A stretch of 64,000 bases of DNA from an uncultured delta proteobacterium (lineage in GTDB: Bacteria > Myxococcota_A > Polyangia > Fen-1088), in the NCBI GenBank assembly GCA_963796685.1, contig CAWCMR010000021.1:1-64000 (forward strand), read 5' to 3'. Each line of letters starts with the position of its first letter. Position 1 is the first letter of the stretch. Position numbers and translations under genes: made by a program. This document shows positions 44,182-56,239 of the stretch, piece by piece. Under the pieces are notes generated by a model. That model had not been told where the DNA came from and searched no databases. It saw only the letters and a program-made list of their open reading frames with translations.

Positions 44182-47100
44182 GGCGCGATCGCCGTCTGCG
44201 TGTCAGCCAAAGCCCGGCCGCGACCGCGAGGAAACCAAGCCACCCCGGCCCACCTCTCGGCGCCGCGCTGGCCAGCGTACAACTGCACGCGAAGGCGCCG
44301 CTGCCCTTGCTCTGCGTCTGCGCCGCGACCCCGGAGACGGCTGCGATCGCGCAATCGGCCGAGCCGTCGTCGCCCACCACGCAGACCTGACCTTGACGAC
44401 AATGGACCAGCTCGCAAGGATCGTCCGTGCACAACCCGGTCGTGTTCAAGCAAACCCTGCCGGCCGAACACGAAACGGCGGAGCAAGGCGAAGGACGGCA
44501 GTTGCCGGTCGTAACATCGCAGAACGAGTCGCTATCGCAGGTCTGCGAGCACGGCGCCTTGATGCAGGTGCCGTGCGAGCACGCCTGTCCCGTGCCACAC
44601 GACACGCCGGCGCAACTCGGCTCGCAAGCACCCGCGCTGCACAGCTGACCGGCCGCGCAGGTTTTGCCGGCGCACGGATCCACCACGCACTGGCGGCCGA
44701 TACACGATAGCCCGGGCGCGCAGCCCCTGGAGTAACAGTCGACGCAGACGCCGTTCACGCAACTGGCACCGGACAGGCAGTTGACGCCCGCACACGGATC
44801 CACGCAGGTGCCGTCGTTGCGGCAAATCATGCCAATCGCACAGGGCTTCTGCGCGCAGGCCTTGACGATGCACGCCCCGTTCTTGCAGATGCGATCGACC
44901 GGGCACGGATACTGCTCGCCGCCCTCGACGCAAGTCGGAACGCACTGGCCGCCCACGCAGGTGTAACCGGCGGCACAGCTGGCGTTGTTGTCGATCTGCC
45001 CGTCGCAGTCGTTGTCCTTGCCATCGCAGATCTCGGGCGCCGGCCCGACCCCTCCGCGACACTTCCAGCCCCCGCTGCCGCTGCACACGAAGGTCCCAGG
45101 CCGGCACTCGCCGGCCATGGATTGCCCGGGCATCATGCCCTCGGGATTGCAGCTCGTCGCCGGGCAAAACCACCCCGTCGTCGATGCTGCCATTGCAATC
45201 GTTGTCCTTGCCGTCGCAGATCTCGGGGGTTGGCCCGACCGAGTTGCACACAATCTTGCCGCCCGTGCAAACGGACGTGCCCGTCTTGCATTCGCCGACG
45301 TTGCTGCCGCACACCACACCGACGCCGGGCATGGCGGGCTCGCCCGGCCCCGGTGGCTCGTCCACCAGCCCGTCGCAGTCGTTGTCGCGGCCGTCGCACA
45401 CCTCGGGCGAGGGACCGGTGGCGGTCACGGTGCATTCGACATCGGTTCCCGCCGCGTTGCACACGAGCTGGCCCGCACCCTGGCAAGACTGCTCGTTGCA
45501 GGGCTGGCCCAGGGTCGGAAAGTCCTCGTCGATTTGGCCGTCGCAATCGTCGTCCTTGCCGTTGCACGATTCGGCGACGGGAACGCGCGATCCGGCGCAG
45601 GTCAGGCCCATCTTGTTCCCGGCACAGGCGTAGTGCCCGAAGGCGCACTGCCCGACGCACTTGCCGCTGGCCACGTCGCAACCGACGGTGCCGGCGGGAT
45701 AGCAGATGTCCGTGGCAAGCGGATTGTTCTCGTCGACGCGGCCATCGCAGTTGTTGTCGAGCCCGTCGCACGCGATCTCGGACGTCGGCGTGACCGCGCC
45801 GACACAGGGTTGCCACGCGCCGGCGGAACAAACCTGCATGCCCGTCGCACAGGCCCCGACACAAGACCAAGCCTTGCCGGCGTCATCGTAGGTGCAGCCG
45901 GTGGCACCCGCCGGATAGCAGGAACGTGCGAACTGGTCGACGACGCCGTCGCAGTCGTTGTCGATCCCGTCGCAAACCTCGGCCGTCGGTCCGACCGCGC
46001 CTTGGCAAGTCACCTGCTGGCCCCCTGCCCCGTCGGAGACGCACGCCGTGATGCCCGGCTTGCACGCCCCGAGATTGAGCCCGCAAGGAACGGGGGCGAT
46101 ATCGTCCACGATGCCATTGCAGTTGTCGTCGAGGCCGTTGCACACCTCCGGCTTGGAGCTGCAGGCACACGACAAGCCCTCGTCGATGTTGCCGTCGCAG
46201 TTCTCGTCGGCGCAGTCGGCGGCGGTCGGGGCCTGACAGCCGGCCAGGGTTCCGCATTGTTCGGGCACGGGCGTTCCCGCCACCAAGGGCGTGGCGCCGC
46301 AGGTGGCTGCGGTCGCGCACATGACGCCGTCGCCGGCGGGGTTGCAAGCGTACACACCCTGCCGCGTGCAACGGCCGACGCCCACCTGGCAGGGCTGCCC
46401 CTTGAGCGGAAATGCGGCGGCCTCGTCGTAGCAGGTGGCGTCGCAGTTGCACTTGGGCTTGGGAATGGCGTTGAGCAGGATGTCGCCGAGGTTGGCGGTC
46501 AAATCCGCTCGATTCGACGGGAAGTAAGCCGACCGGGTCTGCCCCGACCCGGCCATCGCCATGCCGTTCAAGGTTGTGGAGAAGCCGGTGCCGAAGCCGA
46601 CCACGTACACGCCGATACCCGCGGAATAGGCGGCGCCCGCGGCGGTCACCGGATCGCCGGTGGAGTTGGGGCTGCACGTGTCTTCACCGTCGGTGATCAG
46701 GATGATGCTGTAGGGCCGGCAGGCTGCGCGAGGGTCGCGGGCGCCAGCCGAGCTCGAAAGCAGCCCTGCGCCCGCGCCGATGTTGGTGGTGCTGGCGTCG
46801 GTCAGCCAGGCGCGCACGGAATCGAGGGCCGATGCCAGCGGTGTCATGGTGACCGCGCGGAGCTCGCGATTCGACGTGGGCGAGAACGGCGGCAGGTCTT
46901 CCTTGCCGTCGATCCAATGATAGATATCGAGAAGGTTCGAGGTGCCCGCCGTGGGAAAACCGACGATGACCTGACCACCGATGCAGCCCTGGGCGAAGCT
47001 GCACTTGGCGTACAGACAATCGAACGCGCCCCAATCGAACACCAGGTCGTTGGCGTCCGACGCGTTCGCACAACCTACGCAGCCAGCGCCCGAAGCACAC

Positions 47101-47600
47101 TCCAGGTAGCTATCGCCGCCATGGTATGCGCAATACTTCTGCGTCGAGGTGTCTCCCGGGACGTCGACGCAGACCGCGCCTGCCACCTGGGAAGTACAAT
47201 CGCTGTTCGTGCTGCACGCCTGACCAAGCTGCGTTCGGCTATAGGTGGCCAGGGCGAATTCCGCAGCTCCGAACGCCGAGATGGTGTCGATGACGGCGGC
47301 CTTGGCCAGGTAGAGCTTGCTGTCGTCGTAGGGCCAGCCCGCGGTCGACTTGCCGTCGAGGTTGCAGCCAGGTTGGGACTCGGAACCGTCACCATGGGTC
47401 TGCGTGCCCGCCAGGTTCTGCGTCATCGAGGTCGAGTTGTCGAGCAGGATGACGAAGCGAGGTTTGTCCGTTTGTGCCCACCCTCGCCCGGCCGCAAAAA
47501 GCGTCGCAAGCGCCACGAGTGCCGCACTCTTCCCAGGTCTACATGCCACTGTTGGATATCTCCGTCGGCGACCGGCCGCAGGACATTTTACTCCCATCCA
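44174..47600 (-). CDS. Secreted VWA-domain protein with MopE-like/Cys-rich repeats and MYXO-CTERM anchor; frameshift near 45170
   Basis: ILLDNSTSM (MIDAS), TPLA, LITDGEDTC, many E.CDG.DNDCDG repeats; C-terminus ACSCTL...GWLGFLAVAAGLWLTRRRR. Confidence 0.8.
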
Positions 47601-47694
47601 CCGATCTCCGCGAGATTCGGCGCGACACCGCAATCCCGCGATAGCCGCAGAAGGTCGTGGCCGTGGGCGTGGCCGTGGCCGTGGCCGGTTGTAC

Positions 47695-48631
47695 TATTGA
47701 GCAGCGTCGACAGCGAATCATCCCGACCAAGTATTTCCACGTCGTCTTCACGCTGCCGCAGGAGTTGCGCTCTGTGGCGCGCAAGAACCCCAAGAAGATG
47801 TACGACCTTTTGCTCGCCTCCGCCGCGCGCACCTTGCTCGATTTCGGCCGCAGCCGCCTGCACGCCGAGGTGGGTGTCACCTGCGTCCTGCATACCTGGA
47901 CCCGCGAGTTGCGCTTCCATCCTCACGCGCATTGCATCGTGACTGCCGGTGGGCTCGACGACGACGGCCATTGGATCCCGACCCGCAGCCGCTTCCTCTT
48001 CCCGGTCAAGGCCATGTCCAAGGTGTTTCGCGGCAAGCTCCTCGAAGGCCTCGCCGAGCTCTACAAGAAGCAGAAACTCACGCTGGAAGGCAATTGTGCC
48101 GACCTTGCCCACCCTGCGACCTTCGCCGAGCTCTTGACCCGCCTGTGCCGGAAGGACTGGGTCGTCTACGCCAAGCAGCCCTTCGGCGGGCCCGCGCAAG
48201 TCTTCGCCTATCTCGGTCGCTACACCCACCGCGTGGGTCTCTCGAATCAGCGCCTCGTCAGCTTCGATGGACATGAGGTCTGCTTCCGCACCAAGCATGG
48301 CAAGACCACGACCATCGACGCCGTCGAGTTCGTGCGCAGGTTCCTTCTGCACGTCCTGCCCACCGCTTTCGTCAAGATCCGTCACTATGGCCTCCTTGCC
48401 GCGGCCAACGTCGCGACCAAGCTCGAAGTGGCTCGCCGTTGTCTTCAGGCTCCCGGCAATGTCGACGCTCCCAAAGCCATCCCCGACCAACCTCAACCGT
48501 CCTGGCGTGACCTGCTCCTCGCCCTCACCGGCCTCGATCTCCTGGTCTGTCCAGTCTGTGGCGCCCGAGCCATGGAGAGTCGCCCGCTGCCGCCCGTCCC
48601 CTTCAGCCTTGGCAGGCTCGATACCTCATGA
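47695..48631 (+). mobile_element. IS91-family (Y2/HUH) transposase, 5'-truncated (zinc-binding domain missing)
   Basis: YFHVVFTLP, LHTW..L.FHPHAHCIV..GG, YLGRYTHR, FVRRFLLHVLP..FVKIRHYGLLA, CPVCG. Confidence 0.9.
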
Positions 48632-48860
48632 CCATCGCCGTAGACGCTCGTCGCGCCCAAAGCGGCCTCGCCGCAGGGCCACGTCTGCCCTTCGCCCGTG
48701 GCCGCACCCATCTTCACCTCCTGGCCCTCTATTCCGCAGCCCTCCGCAGGCTCCACCCACAGCCTTCTCTCCTGCTTTCTCTCCCCTGCCCGCACCTCAT
48801 CCGCCCCCTGATCGACCATTCGGGAGATCACTTTCTGCATAGCCTCGAACCCGCGGCTTA

Positions 48861-48978
48861 GTCCAACTTGGGTTTGCTGGAAGGGTCCTCGGCCTGTGCA
48901 GCTCGCGCGCCAAGCCCTCGATGGACGGCCAAGCTATCTCGTGCGATCCTGCGTTCCAGCAAACCCTATTAGTTGGGC
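48861..48978 (+). other. attC-like site 1 (atypical)
   Basis: R'' GTCCAAC ... R' GTTGGGC, with a perfect 13-bp inner stem GGGTTTGCTGGAA/TTCCAGCAAACCC. Confidence 0.65.
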
Positions 48979-49000
48979 TGACTCTGAGGAGAACCTTCCT

Positions 49001-49465
49001 ATGTCGAACATCATAACGGCTACCATCTCGGCGTCGCTTGCCCCAGTGACTGTCGCGCCTGTCTCGACGGGGGATGCTCACCTCGTCACCGCGCAACAGC
49101 TCATGAACGGGGCAAGAGTGCTGGCTGGGGCTCCCCACTGCGAGTTGACGCTTGCGTTCGTGTGTGCCCACGTGACGGAGTGCCTGCTCAAGGCGTTCCT
49201 ATTCTGGAAAGGTGTTGCGGACAAAGATCTCCAAGATCATAACCTTCGGCATGATCTATGCGGACTCCGTGCGTTGGCTGTGACCAAAGGACTTGCCGTG
49301 GATCCGACACCACCCGTTTGGCTGTCGGTGCTCAGTGCTCTCCACAATCGTCCCTTCCATCTCCGCTATCCGGTTGGTCTCCACGCTCATCAACTGCCCG
49401 GTCCTCAACCAATGCTGAGTGAGTTGGAACTTCTTGAACAGTTGGCAGCGTCTTCTAAATCATGA
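49001..49465 (+). CDS. HEPN-like domain protein (gene cassette 1)
   Basis: ECLLKAFL, HDL..L and LRYP motifs; GAGGAGA RBS; bounded by attC sites. Confidence 0.6.
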   Translation: MSNIITATISASLAPVTVAPVSTGDAHLVTAQQLMNGARVLAGAPHCELTLAFVCAHVTECLLKAFLFWKGVADKDLQDHNLRHDLCGLRALAVTKGLAVDPTPPVWLSVLSALHNRPFHLRYPVGLHAHQLPGPQPMLSELELLEQLAASSKS

Positions 49466-49515
49466 ATCTCGCTGCCCCTCGCATGTCTCCTTATGCCTCG
49501 CTCAATTCAGGAGCA

Positions 49516-49586
49516 GCCCAACAAGGCGTTGCACCCGACGATCGGCCGCGGACGGCCGCTCGCGGGTGAACGCCAAGGCGTTATGC
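49516..49586 (+). other. attC site 2
   Basis: GCCCAAC-N5-GTTGCACC ... GGTGAAC-N8-GTTATGC, with an extra G in L''. Confidence 0.88.
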
Positions 49587-49590
49587 CGAT

Positions 49591-49930
49591 TCACTCCGCG
49601 ATGATCTCGTTCAGCCCGTGGGTGACTCGGGTGAGCTTCCTCCCCAGAAACCCTGGCTAGCCGCTTTCCTATCCTTTCCACCGAGAGCGTTCGCACCTGA
49701 CTGATCTTGATCCACGAGCGTTTCTCGAGACCAGGCGCCTTGCATTCCAGGGTCAAGGGGAAGCCGGCACGTGGCTCCTGGCTGGTCATGGCCATGGCGA
49801 TCACGGTGCCCGATCGCTCGTTGAACACGTCGTGGCTGAGGATCAGGACCGGGCGAGTCCCTGCCTGCTCATGGCCACGGACGGGATTCAACTCCGCCCA
49901 GCGGACGTCGCCCCTCAGTATTCTGGCCAC
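49591..49930 (-). CDS. PemK/MazF-family toxin (cassette 2); one extra base near 49636
   Basis: RGDVRWAELNPVRGHEQAGTRPVLILS..FN, ISQVRTLSVERIG; tail LTRVTHGLNEIIAE* in a shifted frame. Confidence 0.88.
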
Positions 49931-50157
49931 GTCGCCACATCCATCGCGAGACCTTCGTCTGCTTCCGCCCTTTCCTGTCTCGGATCCAGCTTGGCTACCT
50001 CGCGAGCTAGTCGAGTATGTTTGAGTCGATCGATCTTGTCGGCTAGGGCTGCTTCGATCGCCTGGCTCCGATTCGGGAACCGGTGTGTGGCAATCAGGGT
50101 ATCCAGCTCTCCAAGGATCTTGGAGTCGATAGTTACTGCGACCTTTGCCTTTGCCAT
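49915..50157 (-). CDS. Ribbon-helix-helix (CopG-like) antitoxin (cassette 2)
   Basis: MAKAKVAVTID...FPNRSQAIEAAL...AKLDP..E...EGL...WPEY; overlaps the toxin start. Confidence 0.88.
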   Translation of the reverse strand: MAKAKVAVTIDSKILGELDTLIATHRFPNRSQAIEAALADKIDRLKHTRLAREVAKLDPRQERAEADEGLAMDVATWPEY

Positions 50158-50194
50158 GGTATGACAATATATCATACCAGCGTCCTGGTTGCAA
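50158..50194 (-). promoter_or_regulatory. Sigma70-type promoter and palindromic operator of the TA pair
   Basis: Minus strand TTGCAA-17 nt-TATATT, 8 nt before the ATG; inverted repeat GGTATGA-N7-TCATACC (50158-50178) overlaps the -10. Confidence 0.65.
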
Positions 50195-50200
50195 TGAACG

Positions 50201-50304
50201 GCATAACAGGCCGTTGCGGCTGGCAGGGTCGCCGCAGTGAAATCGTGTAGAACCGAGACGCCGACTCGGCGGCGGGCTTGCAGCTGAACGGCAAAGCGTT
50301 CGAC
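50201..50304 (+). other. attC site 3
   Basis: GCATAAC-N5-GTTGCGGCTG ... CAGCTGAAC-N8-GTTCGAC. Confidence 0.8.
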
Positions 50305-50324
50305 AGACGGCCCTAGGTGCTTTG

Positions 50325-50489
50325 GACGGTTAACGGAAAAGGCTCGGCGAAACATCGCCAAACATGGTCTTACCTTCGAAGCGGCGGCGACCGCATTCAG
50401 TGATCCGTTGTCGATCACCAGGTTCGATCCAGTCTCAACGAGCACATCCGGCGGGAACGTGTTCGTCCGTAGCGTCGCAGGTTCCTGAT
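50325..50489 (+). pseudogene. BrnT-family toxin remnant (degraded cassette 3)
   Basis: KARRNIAKHGLTFEAAATAFSDPLSITRFDP from 50339; no intact start or C-terminus. Confidence 0.7.
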
Positions 50490-50506
50490 GCGGACCGAAT
50501 CGATCC

Positions 50507-51283
50507 CTACGCGCGGATGGTCCAGAAGTCGTCGGACAGATCGCGGTTGGCGACGTAGTCGTAGGGCATGGTGAAGTACCCCGACATGCCCCAGTCCGGA
50601 CCCCAGGAATTGCGCACGAACAGGCGTTTGGCCTTGTCGTCGTAGCCCACGGCGCACACGGCGTGGCCGCCCACTTGGCGCTCCTGCGGCTTCGGCATGT
50701 CGACCACGCCGGTGCGTGCCACCGCCTGCGATTCGAAGCTTTCGTAGACCGAGAAGCCGAATACGAAGGGGTAGCCCTCGGCCAGGCACGCGCGCATCTC
50801 GGCAAGAGAGGCGATGCGGTGGTAGCTCGAAATCGTGTGCTGCTTGGCGGCCGTGTAGCAAGCGGCCGAGGGCTTCTTGGCGAAGGCCGAGATGATGTAG
50901 GGCCACTTCTTCTCCGGGCACACGCCCAGCGCGGCCAGAGTCTTGATGCCGTCACGGAGCATTGCGCCCGAATCGCTCGCGACCGTGTGCTCGAGGGCGC
51001 GTTCGTTGTAGTAGATGAAAAGACGGCTCAGATCCACGAGGGTCTGGCCGCTCCTGATTTCGAGAAATTCCAGGGCGCCGGCCAGGGCGTTGGCGGTGCA
51101 GCTGCCAAGTTGGCCCTGGTTTTCCACCGGGGACATGTCTGGCCGAAGATCGACCGATTTGGGAACGCGCACGCCCTTCGGACGAAGGACCGCGTACGGG
51201 TAGTCGCGCTGATCGGGAAGATCCGGGATCCAGCCCCGGAGGTGTTTGGGTGACCTCACCGGTTTGGCTCGCTTGGCCTTCAT
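50507..51283 (-). CDS. Papain-family (C1A) cysteine peptidase, xylellain-like
   Basis: GWIPDLPDQRD, QGQLGSCTANA, SRLFIYYNER, GGHAV, RNSWG..WG..GYF. Confidence 0.92.
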   Translation of the reverse strand: MKAKRAKPVRSPKHLRGWIPDLPDQRDYPYAVLRPKGVRVPKSVDLRPDMSPVENQGQLGSCTANALAGALEFLEIRSGQTLVDLSRLFIYYNERALEHTVASDSGAMLRDGIKTLAALGVCPEKKWPYIISAFAKKPSAACYTAAKQHTISSYHRIASLAEMRACLAEGYPFVFGFSVYESFESQAVARTGVVDMPKPQERQVGGHAVCAVGYDDKAKRLFVRNSWGPDWGMSGYFTMPYDYVANRDLSDDFWTIRA

Positions 51284-51407
51284 GGTTCCTCCTGGTTTCA
51301 CGGGTTGAAAGGAACAACAGCGCGCAAGGCTAACACGTCGGCCTCAGATTGGGCTTGCCTCGTCAGCCCACCGATCGCATGGTGAGCGCCTTCGCCGGGC
51401 CCCCATC

Positions 51408-52550
51408 GTGAACCTCAGCAACTGTCAATTCTTCGTCACCTGCGCCAAGGGAACCGAAGGTGCGCTACGGCGCGAGCTCGTGGCCTTGCGCATCCATGGC
51501 CCGCGCGGCGCGACCGGCGGGGTTTCCTTCGCCGGAACGCTCATGGACGGCATGAAGGTTTGCCTGCACGCCCGCGTCGCCATGCGCGTGCTGCTGGAAG
51601 TCGCAGCGTTTCAGGCGCACGACGCCGACCAGCTCTATGCGGAGACGCGCCAGGTGGACTGGACAGACTTCGTCGGGCGCGACATGACCATCGCGGTGAG
51701 CGCGACCACGCAGGACAATCCCAACCTGCGCCACTCGGGATTTTCCGCGCTCAAGGTCAAGGACGCCATCGTGGACATGCTGCGCGACCGCAACGGGCGC
51801 CGGCCCGACGTGAACCCGCGCGATCCGGATGTGTCGGTGGTGCTGCACATTCGTGGCGGCGAGGCGCATCTCTTCGTGGACCTGGCCGGCGAGCCCCTGC
51901 ACCGCCGCGGCTACCGCGTGGCCATGGTGGAAGCCCCACTCAAGGAATCCTTGGCCGCCGCCGTGCTCAGCCTGGGCGGCGTGGCGGCCGACCGGCCCTT
52001 CGTGGATCCCATGGCCGGATCGGGGACCCTGGCCATCGAGCACGCCATGGCGGCGCGAAACATCGCCCCGGGCCTGCACCGCCACTTCAGCTTCGAGCGC
52101 TGGCTCACCGCCGAACAGCGCAGGATTTGGGAGACGCTGCTCAAGAGCGCACGCGAAGGCATCCTCGCCAACGCGCCTTGTCCGATCCTGGCCCGCGACG
52201 TGGACAAGACCGCCATCGCGGCCGCGCGCAAGAACGCCGAGGCGGCCGGCGTCCTGGCTGACATCACCTTCGAGGTGGCCGACGTGGCAGGGCTGACGCG
52301 GCGGGATCCACCGGGCACGCTCTGCACGAATCCTCCCTACGGCGAACGCCTGGAAACCCCGGCTTCCGGCGCGGATGTGGAACGCCTCTACGCGGCCATG
52401 GCCCGCGCCTTCGATGCCATGGCGGGCTGGCGCGCCGTCTGCCTCTCGGGCAACCCGGCCTTCGCCAAGGTGCTGAAGCGCCGGCCCAGCATCTCGCACC
52501 GGCTCTACAACGGCCCCCTCGAAACCCGACTACTCGTCTTTGAACTGTAG
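51408..52550 (+). CDS. rlmL: THUMP-domain rRNA methyltransferase (RlmL-like)
   Basis: KDAIVD, LHRRGYR, APLKESLAAA, DPMAGSGT, NPPYGERL. Confidence 0.85.
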   Translation: MNLSNCQFFVTCAKGTEGALRRELVALRIHGPRGATGGVSFAGTLMDGMKVCLHARVAMRVLLEVAAFQAHDADQLYAETRQVDWTDFVGRDMTIAVSATTQDNPNLRHSGFSALKVKDAIVDMLRDRNGRRPDVNPRDPDVSVVLHIRGGEAHLFVDLAGEPLHRRGYRVAMVEAPLKESLAAAVLSLGGVAADRPFVDPMAGSGTLAIEHAMAARNIAPGLHRHFSFERWLTAEQRRIWETLLKSAREGILANAPCPILARDVDKTAIAAARKNAEAAGVLADITFEVADVAGLTRRDPPGTLCTNPPYGERLETPASGADVERLYAAMARAFDAMAGWRAVCLSGNPAFAKVLKRRPSISHRLYNGPLETRLLVFEL

Positions 52551-52562
52551 CTCGGTATTTCC

Positions 52563-53093
52563 TTACATCCCCGAGAGGAACTTCCACTTTGCCGACCCGC
52601 CGTTGGTGGAGCGCTCGAGCACGAAGCGGTGGTAGTCGTTGATCCTGCGGTAGCGCTCGCCCGCCTCGCCTTGCAGCTCGAAGGCACCGCTCAAAAACGC
52701 CTCGACCACGGCGTGTCCGCTGCTGTCGATCTTGATGCTCTTGTACTGAATCTCGTAGCGGATGGATTCCACGCGCTGCAAGCGCCCGGTGAGGATGGCC
52801 TCCAAACCGGAGTATCCGTAGTCGTCGTTGGACTCGGGCGTGCCGCCGTCCTCGAAGTACTTGTGCGACGCGAGCAGCAGAAGCCCGTTGACGTTCTTCT
52901 CGATGAGCAACAATCGATATTGTTCGATGGTATCGATGATTTCCCGGTTGGTTTCGGTGGCGAGAATCGTCGTTCCCGGCAGATAGCGCCCATGGGCGCA
53001 GCCCGTGCTCGCGCCCACCAGAGCCAGCAGCAGCGTCGCGATCGCGAGAATCGGGGTAGAGCGCCCCTTTCTTGACACACTTTCCGTCTTCAT
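52563..53093 (-). CDS. Conserved lipoprotein (NTF2-like fold suspected)
   Basis: Lipobox STGC; YFEDGGTP..DDY; C-terminal WKFLSGM. Confidence 0.6.
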   Translation of the reverse strand: MKTESVSRKGRSTPILAIATLLLALVGASTGCAHGRYLPGTTILATETNREIIDTIEQYRLLLIEKNVNGLLLLASHKYFEDGGTPESNDDYGYSGLEAILTGRLQRVESIRYEIQYKSIKIDSSGHAVVEAFLSGAFELQGEAGERYRRINDYHRFVLERSTNGGSAKWKFLSGM

Positions 53094-53224
53094 CGTCGAG
53101 AGGGACCTAGCATCAATCATTCCACGTGGGAAGCCCTTTGCCTGCCGGGAAAATCGCGGCACGCACGGGCCGTTGCGCGTTCCTGGCGCAAATCCGGGGC
53201 GGTTCTTGCCAAGTTGGCAGGCAC

Positions 53225-53262
53225 GGGGGCGGGTTTGAAGCTGGTTTGAAAACCGACCCTAC
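53225..53262 (-). repeat. Degenerate GTAG-family REP
   Basis: Minus strand GTAGGGTCGGTTTTCAAACCAGCTTCAAACCCGCCCCC; its TAG is the stop of the upstream gene. Confidence 0.6.
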
Positions 53263-54146
53263 GGGGCGCCCAGCAAGCAGTCCATGTTGGCTTTTTCCCA
53301 TAGCCGCGCGCGACCGTAGCCCGGGAATAGGCGTTCCTCGCGAGAAAACTCCGGTGGGTGAAAACACCGGCGACCGCCCACGTCACGAATCGCGTGTTTG
53401 CCGTGCAGCATTTCATGAAAGACGATCCATTCGAGGAAATAGGCAGGCACCATTTCCTGATCGAGCGCCGGATGGACCCGAATCAGGCGGTCTTCCAGCG
53501 AATAGCTGCCAACCTTGATGGAACGCTGGTTCCTGCGCTTGCGTAGGGGCCCCCAGGTGATACGCGCCTCGTGCTTGCCCTCGAAATAGCGTCGGTTGAG
53601 CCGGTCGAAGATGGCCGCCAAGTCATGAACCTGGCCGGCCGTTCGCAGCACCGTCTCGCGCGTCCGCGGCGGCTGCTTCCGGATGAGGTGCTGGTTGCTT
53701 TGGATGAACTCGCTGAGCTGGGCCGACGCGCGTGCATCGTTGTGAACCACGTAGCGAGCCAGCGCCCGTACCAAGCGCGGTTCGGCGCCGGCAAACATGC
53801 GGTGGACACGAACCCGATAGAAGTCGCGACCGCGCTGAACCGAGACGATGGTATGCCGGTTCTCGGTCAGCTTCAGCCCCAGCATCTTTCCCGGCGGCAT
53901 GTGGCCGAGCACCCCGAGCTCGAGCTGCAGCTCTTCGAGCGGCCGATCCACCCGCGGCGCCAGCAGGTTGCGGCCGGGGTTCCTGGAGCGAAGCTCCTGG
54001 CGCGAGCGGTCGGGGACAACGCGAGAGTCGACTTCGCACACGCGGTGTGTCGCGAAGGCAAACTCGAGTTGGTTGTCCGGCACTGGCGGCTGAGCTTCGT
54101 GCTCGCCAAGGCTGGCTGGCGGCAGCCTGGATTCGTATTCGGCCAT
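53259..54146 (-). CDS. SprT/YgjP-like zinc metallopeptidase-domain protein
   Basis: FDRLNRRYF, KVGSY, IRVHPALD, FHEMLH (HExxH), HPPEF. Confidence 0.75.
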   Translation of the reverse strand: MAEYESRLPPASLGEHEAQPPVPDNQLEFAFATHRVCEVDSRVVPDRSRQELRSRNPGRNLLAPRVDRPLEELQLELGVLGHMPPGKMLGLKLTENRHTIVSVQRGRDFYRVRVHRMFAGAEPRLVRALARYVVHNDARASAQLSEFIQSNQHLIRKQPPRTRETVLRTAGQVHDLAAIFDRLNRRYFEGKHEARITWGPLRKRRNQRSIKVGSYSLEDRLIRVHPALDQEMVPAYFLEWIVFHEMLHGKHAIRDVGGRRCFHPPEFSREERLFPGYGRARLWEKANMDCLLGAP

Positions 54147-54342
54147 CCTATGAAAATCGCCCGTTGCGGCGTTCCTTTTCCAGAAATGCTATCAGCCGCC
54201 GAGCTGTGGATCAAAATTCTATCACTTTGTAGTTACTTGATTTTTCCTGTTGATAGTTTTTCAGCACGAATGTCCGTGAATATTACATATACCCACATAA
54301 GCACACCCAAGGAGCCCCATGCGTGGGTGGGCGGGAGCGAGG

Positions 54343-56239
<1,897 letters not shown>

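Noticed and set aside
47657-47694. GTGGCC tandem repeats giving the IS91 ORF a start (MAVGVAVAVAG)
   Set aside because: Low-complexity sequence at the truncation junction; it replaces the zinc-binding domain and is unlikely to be the native start.
48847-48870. GAAC (48847) and CTTG (48867) tetranucleotides as IS91 target or oriIS boundary
   Set aside because: Four-base matches are too short to fix the element end without other copies.
50507-51283. C1A peptidase as a fourth gene cassette
   Set aside because: No flanking attC found, and codon usage looks like the host backbone.
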